From Mizuhopecten yessoensis (Eukaryota), in contig NW_018404603.1 of the NCBI RefSeq assembly GCF_002113885.1, positions 171,571 to 235,570 on the forward strand: DNA of 64,000 bases, written 5' to 3'. Of the stretch, positions 12,401-25,804 are shown in pieces. The notes under the pieces are model-generated. The model saw nothing but the letters and a program-made list of their open reading frames with translations, did no database searches and was not told where the DNA came from. Made by a program: the position numbers and the translations under genes. How positions within the stretch are numbered: the first letter of the stretch is position 1; the number at the start of each line of letters is the position of its first letter.

Positions 12401-15400
12401 CCTATAAGTTATAACGCCGAAATGTGTACACACAAATGGTGACAGTATAACGAATTTCGTGTTTCTGGTCGAAATATAGAAGATATTGCCAGACATAAAA
12501 TATTTGTCGCATGGCCTGTCAAACATATCTACAAATATCTGGTAGACAAAGAATGTGGGTTTGACAAACCGAACTAACATGAATTAATTTAAGACGAAAA
12601 TTACTCGGAATATCATTTCTACATGTAATGCATGGGATATTGAAGTATGAGCACTGTTTGAAGTTAAAATGTCAACATACGAAAAGGACGTTAAGGCGAG
12701 GAGGCTTATACCTAAAACGGGAACTGAGGAGACATCAAAACAAAAGGAATGCGTAATGAATCCCAATGAAATGGAGGATAGCATGTTCTTTATTGAGAAT
12801 TTTAAACTGATGAACCTTTTTTCTTACACTCGCTCATAATTTGGAAACTCAGTTTTGGAACAAACAAGACTCAAAAGTATGATCGATTGCCTGAAAAGAT
12901 GCTCTTTGTCATTGATTTATTGCATTTAATTGGTTGAACAATATATTACCGTGAACAATGTTCGAAAGAATCAGTGATGCTGCTCAACTCCAGCAATAGT
13001 TTATTACCCAAACCAAGCACGGACAGTTGTTACTCTACCCAGCCATAATATCATTTAAAACGATTCATACCAGCCGTAAATCACTGGTCTAGGGACCTGA
13101 AATTGGTTTTTGAAACAATAAAAATAGCGCTTTTACTACAGGTAGCAACGAAATATTTGAAAGATTGGTTTTATTTGTCTATTACGCTTCGCGCAGACGC
13201 ACGCGCCGACGGCTGCGAGTTGTACAGAGATGACGGAGGTAGGACTGCATGGAATTTTAAAAGGTTCGTGTTTATAATTTTACCGTTTGTTGTATATTAG
13301 AAGCTCCCTCAAACCGCCCTTATATATTGGCATTCTACCTGCTTGAAAACATCACGTTAAGAGCAAAGGCACAACTTGAAATGTTGAAGAAAAGGTACTG
13401 AAGGTGTATTTTGATGTATTTTACGTCATTGGATACGTTGTGCCGTGAAACAAAAGATTGAAAGAGACGGGTATTTTGCAGCGTGGATCTGACATGCGTG
13501 ATATTGTCGTCAATCGCAAACGCTATTTCTGTATCAGTGATAACTGCATGAAAGTCAATAATATTTTTCAATAAAACTGATAACGATTCAGCACGGTCCT
13601 GTTGTTATGAGAGCAAAACTTCATAAACGAAGTTAAAAGATAAAATGGTTGCAGAGCTACGGTACAAAAGGCTAGTGATACAATCTATAGAAAGAATGCA
13701 AGAAAATCGAGGATGCCAAAGAAAATGTCATCGTCTCTTCTCCGACACACGACCGTCCCCCGTAGGAGCCAAGTCGGAGAAATAGATGACGTCCGCACAA
13801 TATTTTGACTGCTTTATGCCTGTAGCTCACAGCCAATAAAGCTTCCGCCACGTCGCTGACGGGAAATAGTCCCGCCTGTGTGTTGTTTGACAACGCCAAT
13901 ATTACTCTGGAATGCAAATTATTTCTGTTAGTTAGCTTTACATTAAAAAATAGCATTTCTTCATACTCGCTTAATTATCATTAACGATTATTTCGTTGCG
14001 GAACGATATGTTTAGAAACACAACTCCATGGCAAAATTTATCTAGATACGAATAAACCAATTTCCAATATATCTACATCCAAAAATACGGATGGTAATGA
14101 TTTTAACTTTGGTTTTTTTCAAGCTAACCAAGATTATACTTCTCGGTTCTGTTATCAAAACATAGGCTTCATTTGTGGTGAGATTTGCGTTGTCCCGTTA
14201 TCGCCATGCTGCTGTATTGGCTAGGGCAGCCAAACGGATAGGGGAAAAAAGACAATTTAGAAAATCCGATGTCGTTTAGCGTTGATCCTCTGCTTACGGG
14301 GCTATGCAAATAGGGCAGCGGTATTACGGCGGCGTCCCCGCAGTATTACATTGGAATTACGAAAACCTATCTTTATTGTCTTCCTGTCATAAAACACTTA
14401 ATTTATTCAGTACTTACAGTTATCGATAAGGGTTAAACAGATTGGCTCGGACCGACAATATAATTGTAACGCTGCAACGGAAAATTACAGGCAGGGCAGG
14501 CATCAATGGGACCATGGCTATCGGGCCGGTTCTTTGTACTATTTGCCAAAGCATTGCAAATTCTGAAGCTGGTCGAGACGGCGTTCGTAACAGACCCGTA
14601 CCGCAGAAAAGAACACACCATATGGTTATAACATTCAAAAACTGATCAAACTTTAAGGAAAATAGTAGACGAATGCTTTTCTTTGCCTTGACTATTTCAA
14701 ACCCGTCTCCGAAAAACGTTTGCGATGCAAGAGTTTCCATATGCCGTTTGAAGCAAGCGTGTCAAACACGTGGATGGTCCTTTAATGTATGATTCAGAGA
14801 TACTTTACAATATCCAGTCATTCTGAATCAGCTAATTACGTACCGTACCAATGTTTGATGATGCTAATATCCCAAGTGTTTATTCTTCTCGCAGGTTTAA
14901 TGGAACAAAACCATCATACAACAAAGTCAGTGTTCCTCCGGCATGGCGGTTTTGTCTGAAGTCGAGGTGCCAACGATTCTCAGGAATAACAATTCTTCTT
15001 TTCAGCAAAGAATCATTTATTGTTTATATGTGATACGGAAGCATAGCATAGACATGTTCTTGCCAGATCGAACGATTCTATCTTCCATTGTAACTCTGTT
15101 ACACTGATTCCGATGCCTCCACCATTACAGGGTTCGCCCCAGAAAGGAAAGCGAATAGAAATGTTCTCAATCGAGCTGTCTTATATGGCTTTATTAATGA
15201 TACACATAAATCTAAAAAAAATATCTTATATTAATCAGAGGGGTGAGGGGCCAAGGAATGTTGTTGGAGCGAGCGGTGCAGTATCAACAGAAACACACCG
15301 AACATCCCTCGATCGTTTTGTATCACATGATATAATTTTAAGTCGTATTTAGTCAAAATATAACATAGTCTTAGAAATAAACAGTTACCTGTACCCCTTT

Positions 15401-16071
15401 TCCACGACCTGAATAATGCTGATCGAATACATTATATACTTTCACAGATTTAATAACCGAGTCGCTAGATGAAACCATCGTTTTATAAAATGTAAATTAG
15501 ATATCATCTTAATAATACCTTAAATCAGTTAACTTATTAACTTACGAATCATGTACCTTTCCTGAATTATTGTACACGTTCATTTTGAAACTCTTTCGAA
15601 AAGGAGTTACAAATCATAGTTAGATGACCTACATCCCTAATTCCTGATCGACGACAATAAAGCGCGTAATTATATATTTCTATAAGGGCGATATACGATT
15701 TCCCATACAAAACGCCACTAAGATTACTTTACACATTTAAACTGTTGCCATGGTAGCCTATCAACCTGGAAATAGATTGCAGAGGAACACAATTCCCCAA
15801 GGAGATAATTGCTGAGTATAATAACAGCATGACTTCGGTCTACACTATATTAACGCCCTGTTGTCAGTTTTTCATTTCACTTAGCGTTAGTGACAATCGA
15901 CGTATAAATCAAACAAAACATAGATTGATATATCAACGCATAACAATATTACCCAATTTTGTTATAGGTCCTGTTTTTAAATTTTAAACCGAAATTCAAC
16001 GACTAACTAGAGAATTAAGTAGTCTGTTATGACAACAATATCTGTCGGTACCGGAACTGTACTGGCCAGTT

Positions 16072-16356
16072 GGCTTGTTTGTCCGAGGTTTATCGTCCAC
16101 ACACCAGCCAGGGTCTATAGACAATGGTGCCTATATGGAGATACCGCCAAAAAGTAAGGGTAAGGAAGTCCGAAAGACACTGTGTAGATCTGACATGTTG
16201 CAATGTGGGCAGCAGATAACTGCTCGTCCCTTCAATATCTCCTGAGCAGAAGAGTAGCGAAAACCCGAATATGCAGAAGCCCTCAAGTTTGTTGCCTTTT
16301 ACGATGAGATACACAGGTATATAATAGGTATTTTCTCTCCCCGAACCTATGTGGGT
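16072..16356 (-). mobile_element. Retroposon family B, apparently full length (~285 bp)
   Basis: Collinear similarity with 34452-34720 (TGCCT..GGAGATACCGCCAAAAAG...AGGAAGT...ATCTGAC..TTGCAATG) and with 995-1162. Minus-strand tail GACCCTGGCTGGTGTGTGGACGATAAAC..GACAAACAAGC. No Pol III A/B box seen at the 5' end. Confidence 0.7.
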
Positions 16357-16654
16357 TGTAAGTTGGTAGGTACAAGGCCACACCCATACAGACACAGGGA
16401 AACGAAAAGTGGCAGATAATGTATGAGTAACGTTTATAGCGAAACTTGGACAACAGACGGGCATTTAAAATCAAAGAGATCCAACCCTAAACAGACTGTA
16501 GAATATCGACCAAAGGACCACCATATTAGGATAAACAGCCCACAGTGACTTTACTGACCTCCACTACCGGAACAGTGTGGCCTTGTGGGTAACCTTCTAG
16601 ACTCATCCCCTGATTTTGATAAAATCCTTGAGCAGACGTGAATTCATGATTTGA

Positions 16655-16905
16655 TTACAAGATGGCGGGAAATCTGTCAATCGTCATATCACGGGATTCA
16701 TTGATTTTCCTTGTTATGTAGATTTCCGGACAAGTGTATTCTATTATTTACTTGACAAATATGGCGGAGGTCGATTCCTTGGAGTCGGCAAGCCACGTCC
16801 CAGATTACACAGGGGTGGCCAGGGGGTTTATCTTGTAACGGACACGCACGGAATGTGTCAGCGCTCTGAATGCGCATGCGCTTGTACGCGACTCAAATCT
16901 CGTGT
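16655..16905 (+). promoter_or_regulatory. Housekeeping-promoter-like motif cluster
   Basis: YY1-type CAAGATGGCGG (16658-16668) and AAATATGGCGG (16757-16767), ETS-like TTTCCGGA (16723-16730) and NRF1-type TGCGCATGCGC (16871-16881), in a locally GC/CpG-richer stretch. Confidence 0.35.
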
Positions 16906-17199
16906 GTACATAAAGTTGGTCAGTATTCTACGAAATCTTGGAACGGTCCTGACACCAATAGCAGTATTTACATTTACTGTAACACATAATCTAAGTATAA
17001 CATTGTAGTAAAATGGTAAAAATAGCGTAATGAGTGATAGTAATTGTGAGTTGGTAAAACTTTATTATATTAAATAATTAAGAATATGTTGAAGTATTGC
17101 CCGTTTAACACAATCTCGTAATACAGTGCAATGAACATTCTCAAAAGCTCTTTTCCCAACCACATTTACATAGCTCCTTTAAAAAATAATACAATATTT

Positions 17200-17412
17200 C
17201 ATCCAGATTTTCGGTAACATTTCAAAATCCCACTACGTGGACGAATTTTCTATACACACATAATTAAAATTGTATCCGAGCTAAATAAAACTCTAAGATA
17301 ATATATCTGAATCTTAACTGGAAAGAATACGATCATCCAGGTTTTTGGTAACGTTTCAAAATCCCACGACATGGATGTTTTTTTCTATCTAAAGTAAAAA
17401 CCGAGCTATACA
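17200..17412 (+). repeat. Diverged tandem duplication, ~134-bp period
   Basis: CATCCAGATTTTCGGTAACATTTCAAAATCCCACTACGTGGA (17200) vs CATCCAGGTTTTTGGTAACGTTTCAAAATCCCACGACATGGA (17334). Both are followed by CCGAGCTA. Confidence 0.85.
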
Positions 17413-19053
17413 AAGTGGTTACGATAACACATCTGAACCAACCCTGTATCTACATATCAGCGCCGAGCCACTTGTTACACTGAATATGTTACGGGGACGG
17501 CCAGAATATCACATATCATTATCTCGCCCAGTCGATATCATCTCAAGAGCTCATGTCACTTTTCTTATGGTTTCCACAGAGTTGAGCAATCGTTTACTTC
17601 GTTAAAACTTGGTTTATACGAAACTTGCGCATGCCCGAAAGACATAGGATATTTACTGCGGGCGTACATTTAAGACCAACAGCTCCCCGTCGAGGCGCGT
17701 GCAGAGATGTTCTTGATCGCGTGAGATATGCGAATGTCTATGATGGGGAGATAACTCTATCGCTGTTTGTGTTATCCGTACTTAGGAACACTTGATTAGC
17801 ATTTATTTATAAATAGACAATTCTCAAGTGTTCAAAATATCATGGTATATCTACTCCAGTCTGTATATACTGCTAGCAGGGTTCGCCTTTGGTAAGAAAG
17901 TAGTAAGACAAATGGCTAGAATTCCATAAAAAAACACACTGTTTTGACTAGAAGAGATACTGTCTTATGTTTCTGCCCATCCCTGTGTATCTCCTCTGAT
18001 GTAAAATCAAAGTTAGAACGTTTGATAGAGTAGCTTAAATTTTTAATAGCAATATCTTGGAATTCACGTTTGTTGAACCTGTTAGCCAGCCTATGTTTTG
18101 ACTCGAGCCTCTACTGTTTGTTCCGTGGACTTACGGAGTAACTTGGAAAATAAACAATAGATAACAAATCAGACATCAGAACTATTTGGTATATTTTCTA
18201 TATTATTTTTTTATTCGATAAAAGGTCAATGGTTTTGTAAATGAAGCATGAACACTATACACAGTGTTATACTGTTTACTATCTATGTTATACACAGTGT
18301 ACGTCAATTTTCCTCATGGTATTGCGTTTATCTGTGTACTTCGTTTACTTGGTGCTGTTGACTATAAGGATACAAAATAGTGTACATAATAGATACATCG
18401 TTACCATTGTGAAGAAAAGTTCATCACTGAAACTGTTTTTTTGAAAACGAACAATTCTTACCAATTGCAAGTAAATGAACTAGTCTTTGACACGAGATAA
18501 GCACTACTCAGTTATAGAGTCATACACGGTACAATTAAGACAAGTTATTCATATATGAAGCCTTCATTGGTTATTCTGTGTTGCTATGTAATGTATTTCT
18601 TTACTTGTATTTATATCGTCAATTGATACGGATGCTGGCTATATTCTACCTGGATGTGACGCATATCGACTCGTATAAAAGTAACACGACGAAATAAAAA
18701 CCATTGATATTTCTTTTCTACGTAAAAACCTGTAACCCACACATATATACATCTGATGCTTGAGATATTAATCTCTTTCAAATTCTGTCTGATAAAAGAT
18801 TGTAGATCTACAACCTGTGTGTAAGCCCACTACTAGTCAGCGTCGTGTTCTATTGAGGTACCAGCTGTGACACTACAATGTCTACATGTAATCGATTAGG
18901 GCCGTATTATTGGCGACAAACTGACTCTACATTTCGATTATAATGTTTAACAATAAAATTATATTCAATTTATTCAAATGTTAAGTTCGGCAGCAGAATA
19001 CTGAATAACAGACGTGAACGTTCATCCCTTTATGCTGGATTTTAAATGTATTG

Positions 19054-19084
19054 ATATATATATATATATATTATATATATATAG
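19054..19084. repeat. (TA)n microsatellite
   Basis: Interrupted ATATAT run of about 30 bp. Confidence 0.9.
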
Positions 19085-21479
19085 TCGATTGTTACATTTC
19101 AACAAAGCCTTAATGACATGACAAGGATAGTTTAGTCAGAATATAGAACACTAAAACGCAGTTAGTAAGTATTTTACCAGTTCTCATTTACAGAAAATTA
19201 GACGCTTGCAAATATCATTGGATTAGTTACAGATCAAACTTATTCCAGCGTTCTATGTGTTTGTTTTGTGTTTGTTAATATATATTGATATATTTATGTA
19301 TTGTTCCATATCATTCCATTTGTCCTTTTTATTGTCCTCATATATTCTGCCAGTATGTACTAACAAGGCAAAGCGCATTTCAAAGAATAGTGTTTACGTT
19401 TTACTTGGGTATTGTGTAATATACAAGCAATGTATCGTCCATATGATATAATAAATTTCGATCAAAACAGGAAGCTATTCAATCCACCGGAAGAACAGAA
19501 ACAATTTCTTAAATATAACTGTTTTAATTAGTGTTTACATATACATATCTGCTTTCGAAATATTTTTCATATTAAGATTTGTTGTTCTCTAAAAAACAGA
19601 AGACCGGTCTCGTATAACCGGAAGTGATAATCTGGTCACGTGTTTGCAAGAGTACAAATAGTGTGTCTTGACAGGCTTACATATTAAAGGTATTGTTGTT
19701 TCATAAACATATATGTATTCCATCCGACTTTTCATGGTTTTTTCCAATGAATGTATATGAAAATGACATAATGTCATTGTGTACACCATGACGTCAAGAC
19801 CCTCGTATGGTTTACCATTAAATATTGCAAATATAAACCCCACAGTAATCTTAGGCCTGGTTTACCTGTGAGCGTGATTACGTGGGTAAAGTGCGTGTAG
19901 AACAACAATTAACTTTCCAGGAGTATAGGGGTCTGTATATCTTTATACCGTATCGATTGAAAAATCACAAAATCAAATATAATACGAGGCCAAGTCCACA
20001 AAAAGACATGCATTGTATAGGAAACAGCTGTTGCCAAAGACACGAATATCCCGGTAAGATAGGCCGATTTTATGACAATAAATTTTGATATAAATCTAAT
20101 GCAAAGTTAAGTTGTTAAGTCTGGTAACGTATCTGTGTTATGAAATCTACGCACAAAAGAAATCAGAACTTAAGTAAAAATCAATCATTACAATGAACTG
20201 ACATATATTTTCCGTTTAATAGAGCAAGAAAATTATTTTGAGGGAGATACGTGATGCTGCAGACCCAGATGTCGCACGGTCAATGTTGGTGTTACAATAT
20301 CCCATTACCCGGCTTTGTGTTTTCTAATTTATGACATTGTTTATCTGAATTACTTTGAATTGCTTTGTTCAAGCATGTGTAGGCCAAACAGTATGTTTTT
20401 GCAGCTTCATATCATTGGCAGTGCGATTTGTGTGGGTGTGTTTTATTTCAATTCGGTGTTGGTTTTCATTTGCGACCTTGGGATTCAAATTAATTTTCCT
20501 GAGTGCCGTTTTGAATCTTGACAGATTTACAAAGCTTAAGAAACTCTTAAAATATGCTTTTACAAAGATGAATAAATGACTGAAACACTAAAGTTTTAGA
20601 TAGCAGGGTCGCTGAGCTGTCGATCATGCCATCCTTATCATCAGTGATCCACGTGTTATCATGAGCGATCCTCGGGACTGTTGCAACTCTTGTCACCAGT
20701 GGTGCCCGACCCAAGTATCCTTGACCCCAATGGTTCCCGTTCCTGTCATACATGTACCAAATTATCCCGACCCTACTATCTATGACGCTGGTGGTCCCTA
20801 CCATTTCGGATGCCGGGTTGTAACTGTTATTAAATCGAGTTCAAGAGAAAAACACTTTTATATAAAATCAGATACGTGTATAACACTGATTTTGATGTGA
20901 ATCATCACAGACATCATAGCTATTAAACCATAAAGATATAAGAGATGTGGCTGAATATTTTAAAACAGCATGAGTTATGTAAGTTTTTTTTTACCATGGA
21001 TCCGTTAGAAACAACCATAAATCTAACATGCTTCCAAAAATATTTTTCTTATTCTATTAATACACGTCACTATTCCAGTAAAAACGTATTAACGAATGAA
21101 CTATGAAGTTTCTGATCCGTTTGATCTTTTCAACAGAGGTACATCTTAAGGGTCCTTTAATTACAAATGCCACTCGTAACGCTCCAGATCTTACCTGCAT
21201 AAGCTGTATTATAGCCCCAATCCATGTCCCATTCCTTACACCCTCGGGATACTACGTGAGTCACATTATCCATTTTAGGCTGACGTCATAAGCGATACGA
21301 CGTTATCACTTCTTGAATTAGTCATGATTAAAATGACGTAGTATAAAAGTCATATTTCAGGGACGTTCAGGGAATTGCAGGCTGGAGTTTCACGTCAAAC
21401 TTTCTATGTACGTCGTTTTATAAAGAACGTCGTAATGTGTTTCGTGAGTTATGTTAGAGTCACGTAAATCAATAGAGTT

Positions 21480-21790
21480 GGTGTAATATTTCGGTGTCCA
21501 CGAGCACAATCATAGGTGTACGTGTCATATCACACCGGATTTGAATTCAAATATGTTAATAGTTCGTTGAATATCAAGTCAGTGTAATATTAGTTTTCGG
21601 ATTCCGTGTAATATTACGGCAGAATTGCATATATCCGAACAGTTCGTGTAATATCAAGTCGAAATAATATTAACCGACACATTTAGTGTAAAATCACGTC
21701 AGAAGAGTTCCATTAATTCACACATTCCGTGTAATATCACATCAGATCGGTGTCAAACCCTGCTTTCCGTGTAATATAACTTGATCATTT
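21480..21790 (+). repeat. Degenerate tandem repeat, ~40-bp period, anchor GTGTAATATCAC
   Basis: GTGTAATAT-like anchors at about 21481, 21522, 21582, 21606, 21646, 21686, 21729 and 21769. Confidence 0.75.
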
Positions 21791-22329
21791 GTGTTTATCC
21801 ATACGTTTGGGTACTATTCCAACCTGTCCGAGCTATATTCCAGATGGACGTGCGCAGTCCTCTTGCCAGTGTACTACTGTTGTTCACTACACCTTACAGA
21901 CTTGTATCACAGTACGACCATCAGCCACCACACAGAACTGCTATTCCTGACATTGTACGGATAACTATAGACCATTGTACTGATCCTCAACACTCAATGC
22001 GTTACAGCTGCTGCAACGCTACGCAGGACTGGCGCGAAACATGTCGACCCTTTTCTTCGCTGTGATAATGACGTGTGAATGTTTGAACTTTTAACAATAT
22101 CTTATTTTCGCGATTATGTTTCAAACGGATTTTTTGTCTGATAAGCTAACTCACGGCGTACTTTCCTTCAAAGGATATCCAAAATTAAGCTCGTGAAACA
22201 TGAAGACACTTTGCATGCCTTGTGAACATTTTGCAAGCATTTATCTCACAGGGCAGATATCGCTGACCCTTTTTATATATAAACTTGATTTATTCTACTA
22301 TGATTAAGAATCAAGCTTTATCAAAGGAT

Positions 22330-22500
22330 TTTCGTCACTTGCAACTCGCGCCCACAGCTCTTAATGCGAAAGGAAACCGGAGTACTGGAACATAACCTAC
22401 TTGGTCGGGCAGGTGTCCTGATACCTTTATACGTCCAATGGGAGAATGGAGCCCCGTCCGTGTTTGCAGTATTCACTGCGCCAAAAGCACCCGACCGCCC
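22330..22500 (-). mobile_element. V-domain SINE, decayed near-full-length copy
   Basis: Reverse complement has TGGCGCAGTG (A-box-like), GGACGTATAAAGGTATCAGGACACCTGCCCGACC and GTACTCCGGTTTCCT..CATTAAGA, as in the other copies. Confidence 0.8.
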
Positions 22501-24099
22501 CAGTTGCCCTTTCAATGTTATTATTAGTATTATTCAAAAGACAATACGTTTTATTTCCAAGGAAAACATGAATTGATGGTACATTTCCGTAAGAATTACA
22601 GGACAAAATGGTTTACATGTCTCACAGTCACTGGTTTGAAAAGACGCACGATCAAAGAACTTAATACAGGAATGGGTAAACGGTTTCTAATTCAGAAACT
22701 GCTGAAAAGTATTTTACGTGAAACTCACGTTTATCATGTAGGTAAGTGTGTATTTTGATTAGATGGGTGTGCCCAATAAATATGGATTGCCGGAATTTTC
22801 AGTTTGATTTCCGCCCGTTTTCACACGTGCAAGTTAATTATTGAAGCTGTCTATATGTAGTTCACTGTGATCAAATTATCACGAGCAGGCAATAGCTACC
22901 CGGCATAGGCTGATGTTAACGTAATTGTTACAGTACTGGAAAAGTACTTGTGTTGGTAACATCACACGAACAGGAACTACACGCTTGTTAGGGCAACTAC
23001 AACAGTACCAATTAGAGGTTACTAGGCTGCGTACATGTTGCCAACACGGACCTTGAATGTTTCAATCTTCCAACAAGCTGTCATATGTTTTTTTTTAATT
23101 TAAAGAAAAAAAAGTGAAATTAAAAAATGTTAATATGTTCGAGATTAGATTGTCATTAGGCTTCGGATCCGGGAAGTCAAAGCATTTACGTCTGTCAGAA
23201 AAAGGATAACCCGAATATTGCTTATACATTGTACATTGTATAAAATGTATCCGCTTTTTACGTAGACAGATAGTGTCGCCCTGTCTTCCGTCTCTTCAGT
23301 AAAGTAACGATAAAATTAAAAAAAAAAAAACAGAAAATCATAACGCCCCGGAAGTGCTGCCTTCATAACCACCGCAAGCGCGTCAGGACATAATCACTTG
23401 CGGTTTAGCCGTTGCAAAGAATACATATCATAAACAAAAAAATCATTTTGTATCGGCCTCCATCGTATTTTTAGGAATACTTATCTTCGGTTTATGCATG
23501 TAGTAAGTAATTCGACTCAACAAAACATGTATTATAGATATAAATTCCATATTTTAAATCTTGTCTCTATAGATAATCGCACTAGTCGAACTGAACAGAT
23601 CTGCCCCTCATGTAATTCAAATTATTTCGAATATAATATCAAAATGGTTATATCGCGTCATTTTCGCAAACGTGTATAAAGATTTGATTTTTAGGATTTT
23701 CGTTTCGTTGTCGTTGGTAATATACGATCTCAAAAGAAAAGTCAATGTTAAATTTATTATAAGAATCCGTCGAATCACCAACGATTTGTATTCTCCTGAT
23801 TTCCTGATTTCTAAATATAACATGTTAGTGTTTGCCATCATTAAACATGACTTTCTTGCCTTAGATCGTCCGAGACACATATTTTCCAGAATTTGACAGA
23901 TAACATCAGGATCGACTGGTTTTCTTCGGTGGCAGGTGGTTCGCAACTAATTTATCATTGGAAGGGTGAGGTCAAAATACCTTCTATTGCCAACATTTGT
24001 GCTTACGAGATACCGCCAGGAGTTGTGAACGGGCTTTACAACACAACAAAGGATGCGTATTAAGGAATTGTGTCGTAAAATAGGGCGGGAGGGGGGAGG

Positions 24100-24500
24100 A
24101 AGTAAACGAGAGTCATTGTATCGTGGTTTTATTTAACCGAGAAGTATGGTAAAGAAGTTTTACAGTATATAAACGAAAGACGTTGTTACATCGTGGTTTT
24201 ACTACAAGTAAACGAGGGGCATGATATTGAGGTTTTCTGCATGTAAACAAAAGACGTTATATCGAGGTTTTACTGTATGTAAAGGAGAGACATTATACAG
24301 AAATGTTACTATTTAAAACGAAGGCATTATATCGAAATTCTACTGTAAGTTACGAGGGGCATTATATCGAGGTTTCGTTACAAATAAATAAATGAGGTTA
24401 TATTGTAATTGTATAGATGGTTTACTGTGTATTTAAAAGGAGTTTCGAACTTTGTCTATGCATATACATCAACAAGGGACAGTATATCGAGTTTTTACTG
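24100..24500 (+). repeat. Degenerate minisatellite, ~35-bp unit (RTAAACGAGRGNCATTATATCGAGGTTTTACTG)
   Basis: About 10 diverged units with recurrent TAAACGA and TATCGAGGTTTT. Confidence 0.8.
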
Positions 24501-25804
24501 TACATGTTTATTCGGTGACCGGTTTGTCCCCATGTCTGGGTTTCACGAGTAACACCTGCTATATATAGTCACATTACCAACAGTAGACGAATGTTATACA
24601 AAAACACGTAGATGTAGCTGTTACATCGGGATGTATCGATTTCCTGTCCAGGACACTTTTCTAGTTCATATCTGACAAACAGAGTGTATATGACAGGTTG
24701 TGTAACACTAAAATAAGGCCTACTGTACTTTGAACATAATAGAAGATCCGAAAAGTTCCTGGTCCATTGCGGTATTCCCCATAAATCATTCAGAATAGGC
24801 CATAGTACATGTATTGAAGTCATGTGTAATTTGACGATGTTGTAATTTCCGTTAGTTTTGTACCGTTAATATATCTTGAAATAATCTGTGAACTTAAATT
24901 TCATAGCTTTTTAACACTCCCATGAAGCGTGTCAAGAACAATTCACGCACGCATCGCTTGTTATATATCTGTTAAGTTACAGGTTTTTTCCCCTATTTTT
25001 TTAAAAAGATTTTAAACCCTTTTTCTGATTTTGTTTTCAGTTCTGTTTGTTTGTAATTTGATGGAAAACAGTCACAGCATTAGCTTAACTGCCAATCCGT
25101 TCACTAGATGAATATTATTTGTGTTTGTTATTGCGAGTAAAGGCATGAAGCGCCTGCAATCAAACACGGTGCAGTACCAATTCTTAAGTGGTCGACTGAA
25201 ATACGAGCCATCTCGCTTAATTGTACATTTTCATTATTCATGAACGGTCGGTGAACTACGGGGACAAAAAACATACATTTCAATCACCTCCAGCATAAAA
25301 TGACAAATTTCTATCGTTTTAAATTGAATTTCGTGAACGGGAGAGTTTTAATAAGGAAACACTAGGCTTGTCCCGGCGTGATCCCCGCTAGGTCGCAAAG
25401 CAATGGAAGAACAAATTACGGAGCCAACTCATGAATTAGGTCGCCGTTAAAACAGTCCATGATTGGATTACGTTTTCAGGATGAAAAACATAGAACATCT
25501 AAAAAATAAATTTAAGATGCGATTGTTTTCTGCCATAATTAACGTCAGCAAAACATTGTCATTTATGAATTGAATCCGCACTAAATCAAGACAGGCATTC
25601 CACGTTTAAATGAGGGACGGATGATGCGCAATGCAATAACATTACCGTTACAAAACGATTTAGCTAGACAACTGCCGTTTTGAAAATTGTCGGTACACAC
25701 ATCACTAAGCGATAACCATTGAAAGTTCGATAACTTAAAAATATAATATGCGAGTTACAATGACCTCGTGGAATCTTTGTACATGAAACTATCATGAGAG
25801 ATGC

